DNA of 64,000 nt from Felis catus (lineage: Eukaryota). Positions 61,002-64,000 of this stretch are shown here, in pieces. The DNA lies in contig NC_058382.1 in assembly GCF_018350175.1 (NCBI RefSeq), positions 53,384,001 through 53,448,000 of the forward strand. The letters are read 5' to 3'. Both the position numbers and the translations under genes were made by a program. The notes beneath the pieces are model-generated. The model searched no databases and was not told where the DNA came from. It worked only from the letters and a program-made list of their open reading frames with translations. The first letter of the stretch is position 1, and every line of letters starts with the position of its first letter.

Positions 61002-61020
61002 TGGCGACATCCTGTGGGCC
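61002..61020 (-). promoter_or_regulatory. CTCF-like motif
   Basis: Minus strand GGCCCACAGGATGTCGCCA resembles the CTCF core. Confidence 0.3.
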
Positions 61021-61765
61021 AGACCGTGAACCGTGGATTCCTGGCAACGTTGTGTTCATCTCCGCACCCCAGGATCTCATCCCACTAGAGCGATTCCGTA
61101 ACTATGTGTTGAATTAAATTCTCTCACCACTGGTTAGCTATTAAGACCCGCATTTTACCAAGAGAGGTGCCTAGGGTTTAACGGATTCAGAGAGGGCCGT
61201 GTAAACGGCATTAGGTCTTCCACACAAATTCTGACGTTGCCATCTGTATTCCAGAATTTCTACAGTGGGTAAAATAGCCCACTGCGATCTAAAATGGCAG
61301 CGTTTCCCTTTCTCCCTAAAATACTAGCTCAACATAAGCAGGTGGCTTTTAAAAATATTTTTATTCAAGGGTTTCCTCCAAAAAGTCTTTGTCATCCATC
61401 CCCCCCTCCCAAGTACAGTGAAATGGCCTTTACCATACTCTAAACGGACTCCTGCTGTACAGTTCTTCAATGACGATATGTTCGAACTAAGTCACAAAGA
61501 GGTTATTTTAGTCCTCACTAATAACGCTCACGAAGCAATTGGTGGGGTTTTTTTTCTGAGTTAATAAGAAACATTTGCAGCAAAGGCATGAGAGTCTGCA
61601 GATAAAGCGATTGGCGAGAGATGGTATGTTTAAATACCACAAAGCAGCCCATATCCAAACAGGTGTGCGATAGAACAGTATAAATAAACGGCTTGGTATG
61701 CAGTTTAGCTCAAGCAAAATTGTGTAAGAAACCTCCCCCCCATTCTGAAACAAATACATATAGAC

Positions 61766-61791
61766 GTATGTATATATGTATTGTATGTATA

Positions 61792-61879
<88 letters not shown>
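61766..61879. repeat. (TG)n(TA)n compound microsatellite
   Basis: Direct reading. Confidence 0.97.
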
Positions 61880-61882
<3 letters not shown>

Positions 61883-62716
61883 GAGACAGAGAGAGAAAAC
61901 CAAACCAGCTTCTCATATCCTCCTCAAACGACACAGCTGGAAAAACAGTTCTTATTCCGAGAGCTGAAAGTAAAAGTTGTTTTACTTTTTTTCTTTAAGG
62001 CCCAGATAAACAAAACCTTGCTGGGGGAGTGATTCTGCTTTTGCACATGTGGCCTTGAGCTAGAATCTTGTGGAACACTCACCTCTTTTCAACCCTTGAG
62101 AAATATGTTTGCCTCTTCGAACTGGCGATGGTCACTTCGTGTTGCGCTAGGATATTTTTAAAAAATGTTTTTGTTGGTACGGTTTTCTTAACCACGTGGG
62201 CACTTGACTTGGGGCGTTAAGAATATAGATGCCGGAGAGAACTGTTTGGTTTCCATTAAGACCTGCTAAGTGCACAGGAAACACGGTTTGGGGCAGAGAG
62301 AGGTTATAAAAACTGTCCCTTGCTTCATGCCATTTCTTTCCGGCCAGGAACAAAGGTGGGGCAAGGAGTTGGTTCATGCCAGAAAGTCTGGAGGTATGTG
62401 GGTTAAATATTTCCCACTGGGCTGTTCTCGGTGTTTGCGATCCTTTGTCCTTTGCCAACCTGTGTCTAGGTGGGGGGGAGTGGCACAAGCAATGTAGACA
62501 TAGCCCAAAGCCGCAGGAGGTCACTGAAACTCTCTCAGTGGTGGCCGGGGGGGGGGGAGGTGTCAAGGCATAGGGGAAACTGAGTCCCCCTCGGCTCCTG
62601 AAGAGCATGGCACTTGCCCCCTCCCAGCCTTGTATGCACGGCAGCTATGGAGATTACCTGCAGTAAACACATGCAGCGTCTGTCACAGAGCAGATATTCA
62701 AGCGATGGCCACTTTT

Positions 62717-62930
62717 TTTTAAGTTTATTTATTTACTTTGAGGTGGGGTAGGGGGTGGGGAGATCAAGTGAAGGACAGGCAAAGAGAGAGGGAGAGAGAG
62801 AATCTCAAGCAGGGTCTGCACTGTCAGGGCAGAACCTGACACTGGGATCGATCCCGTGCACTGTGAGATCATGACCCGAGACGAAATCAAGAGTCAGACG
62901 CTTAACTGACTGAGCCTCCCAGGCACCCGA
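62717..62930 (-). mobile_element. CanSINE
   Basis: TSD cgatggccactttt at 62703-62716 and 62933-62946. Confidence 0.95.
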
Positions 62931-63154
62931 GTCGATGGCCACTTTTACCTTAACTTTTGTCCCTGCTTCACTCAAGAGGTTTCCCCTTCGGATGCATCTC
63001 TCCTCTCAACACACACGTGCCTGGTTCCCTCTCTCTCCCCCTTGGAAGAGCTCTCCCTACACATGGTGCACCCAGTGGGACCATGCTGAGCAGAGTAGAA
63101 ATGAAAACGGTTGTGCAGAAGTTCTTTGGTGTGGGAGCTAAGAGTGTGAGTTCT

Positions 63155-63360
63155 GGGGGCACCTGGACGGCTGTCGGTGAAGCATCTAACTCTCGACTTC
63201 AGCTCAAGTCATGATCTCACGGTTCATGAGTTCAGGCCCCGCCTCAGACTCAGTGCTGACAATGCAGAGCCTGCTTGGGATTCTCTCTCCCTCCCTCTCT
63301 GCCCATCCACTGCCTCAATAAACACACACATAAGCAAACAAGCAAACAAACTTAAAAAAA
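63155..63360 (+). mobile_element. CanSINE
   Basis: SINE body; degenerate TSD agtgtgagttct/agtgtgaggtct. Confidence 0.93.
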
Positions 63361-64000
63361 AAGTGTGAGGTCTGAACTGAGACCTGCTCCAGATTCCATC
63401 CCATTTCTTTTCTACCCAAGTAAATCCTTTGAGCCTCAATTTCCTCACCTATAAGATGGGAATAAGAGCATCATACTCTGGAGAGTTGGTCTCCTCAAAA
63501 GGCAGAGCACGGGTACCAAGGGGGCACCCAAGCGCTTCCTTTGGGGGAACCCCACAGACTTCAAACGGTCTCTTTCAGGGGTTCATCAAGGATTCATCAG
63601 GGATCCTGCCCCATTTCCCATCCTTAACTCTAGCAACTGTTTCAGGTAGTTCCAGCCCGTGACTAGTCACCTCCGAGCTACAAGTCACTGGTTAATATTT
63701 CAAACCCTATCAACAAACATTCTGACTTCTGCAGAACTCAATAGTTCAGAGGCAACAGTCACTTAATTCAGTGTCTAGAATGAGATGGAAAGCCGGCATT
63801 CCTCTCCGAAACAGAATTTTCTCCAAGAAACCAAGGGTGAACACTCAAAATAAAAATTCCCCTCTCGGTTATTAATGAGGGTCAGCGAGCAAGAGTCAGC
63901 AGCACGGCTAACGGTGCTTGAAGCACATTTGGTATCGTTTGTGCGGCACTCTCTCTCCGCCTTGTTTTTTGCGTTTTCTCTTCCCCCCCTGTGGCAAGTA

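Noticed and set aside
1..64000. ORF-track ORFs as protein-coding genes
   Set aside because: All are short, overlap in many frames, often start at non-ATG codons and mostly lie in SINEs, LTRs or microsatellites (HTHT, VCVC, FLSF peptides); none matches a protein family I recognise except L1 remnants.
1..64000. CRISPR array, prokaryotic defence system or viral insert
   Set aside because: No regularly spaced repeat-spacer array, operon-like ORF density or gag/pol/env remnants; the recurring repeats are SINEs and STRs.
1..64000. Naming the host gene, chromosome or exact species
   Set aside because: No diagnostic exon was recognised; the SINEs support Felidae only. A BLAT search is needed.

Overview
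Mammalian (felid) non-coding genomic DNA. The lineage is set by about 25 carnivore tRNA-derived SINEs (CanSINE/SINEC), two of them near-pristine felid SINEC_Fc-type copies. The window also holds 5'-truncated LINE-1 3' ends (three carnivore-age, five ancient L1M-type), MLT1 solo LTRs, eutherian DNA-transposon fossils (MER44, MER5, MER20, MER33, MER58, MER63), MIR/L2 remnants and many microsatellites. I recognise no protein-coding gene, tRNA, rRNA, CRISPR array or prokaryotic system. The ORF track is repeat-derived or chance, and only L1 ORF2 C-terminal remnants are recognisable. The window looks like a large intron or gene desert with several repeat-free, motif- or CpG-rich candidate enhancers, and I cannot name the locus from sequence alone. 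The most notable observations are: (1) a ~215-bp locally templated inverted duplication pasted into an old L1 (35533-35751 vs 36624-36843); (2) a SINE head fused to an L1 3' end inside one target-site duplication (TSD) pair (22763-24157); (3) three phase-compatible minus-strand candidate exons (30833-30717, 26172-26122, 25767-25642) that could form a lncRNA or a 45-63 aa micro-ORF; (4) an MLT1 LTR with a perfect splice donor upstream of a strong acceptor; (5) local CpG-rich patches inside ancient repeats, suggesting GC-biased gene conversion or hypomethylation; (6) independent microsatellite births at one homologous L1 site. Repeat subfamily names come from recalled consensus sequences, and boundaries of old repeats are approximate. 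I found no convincing novel biological system.
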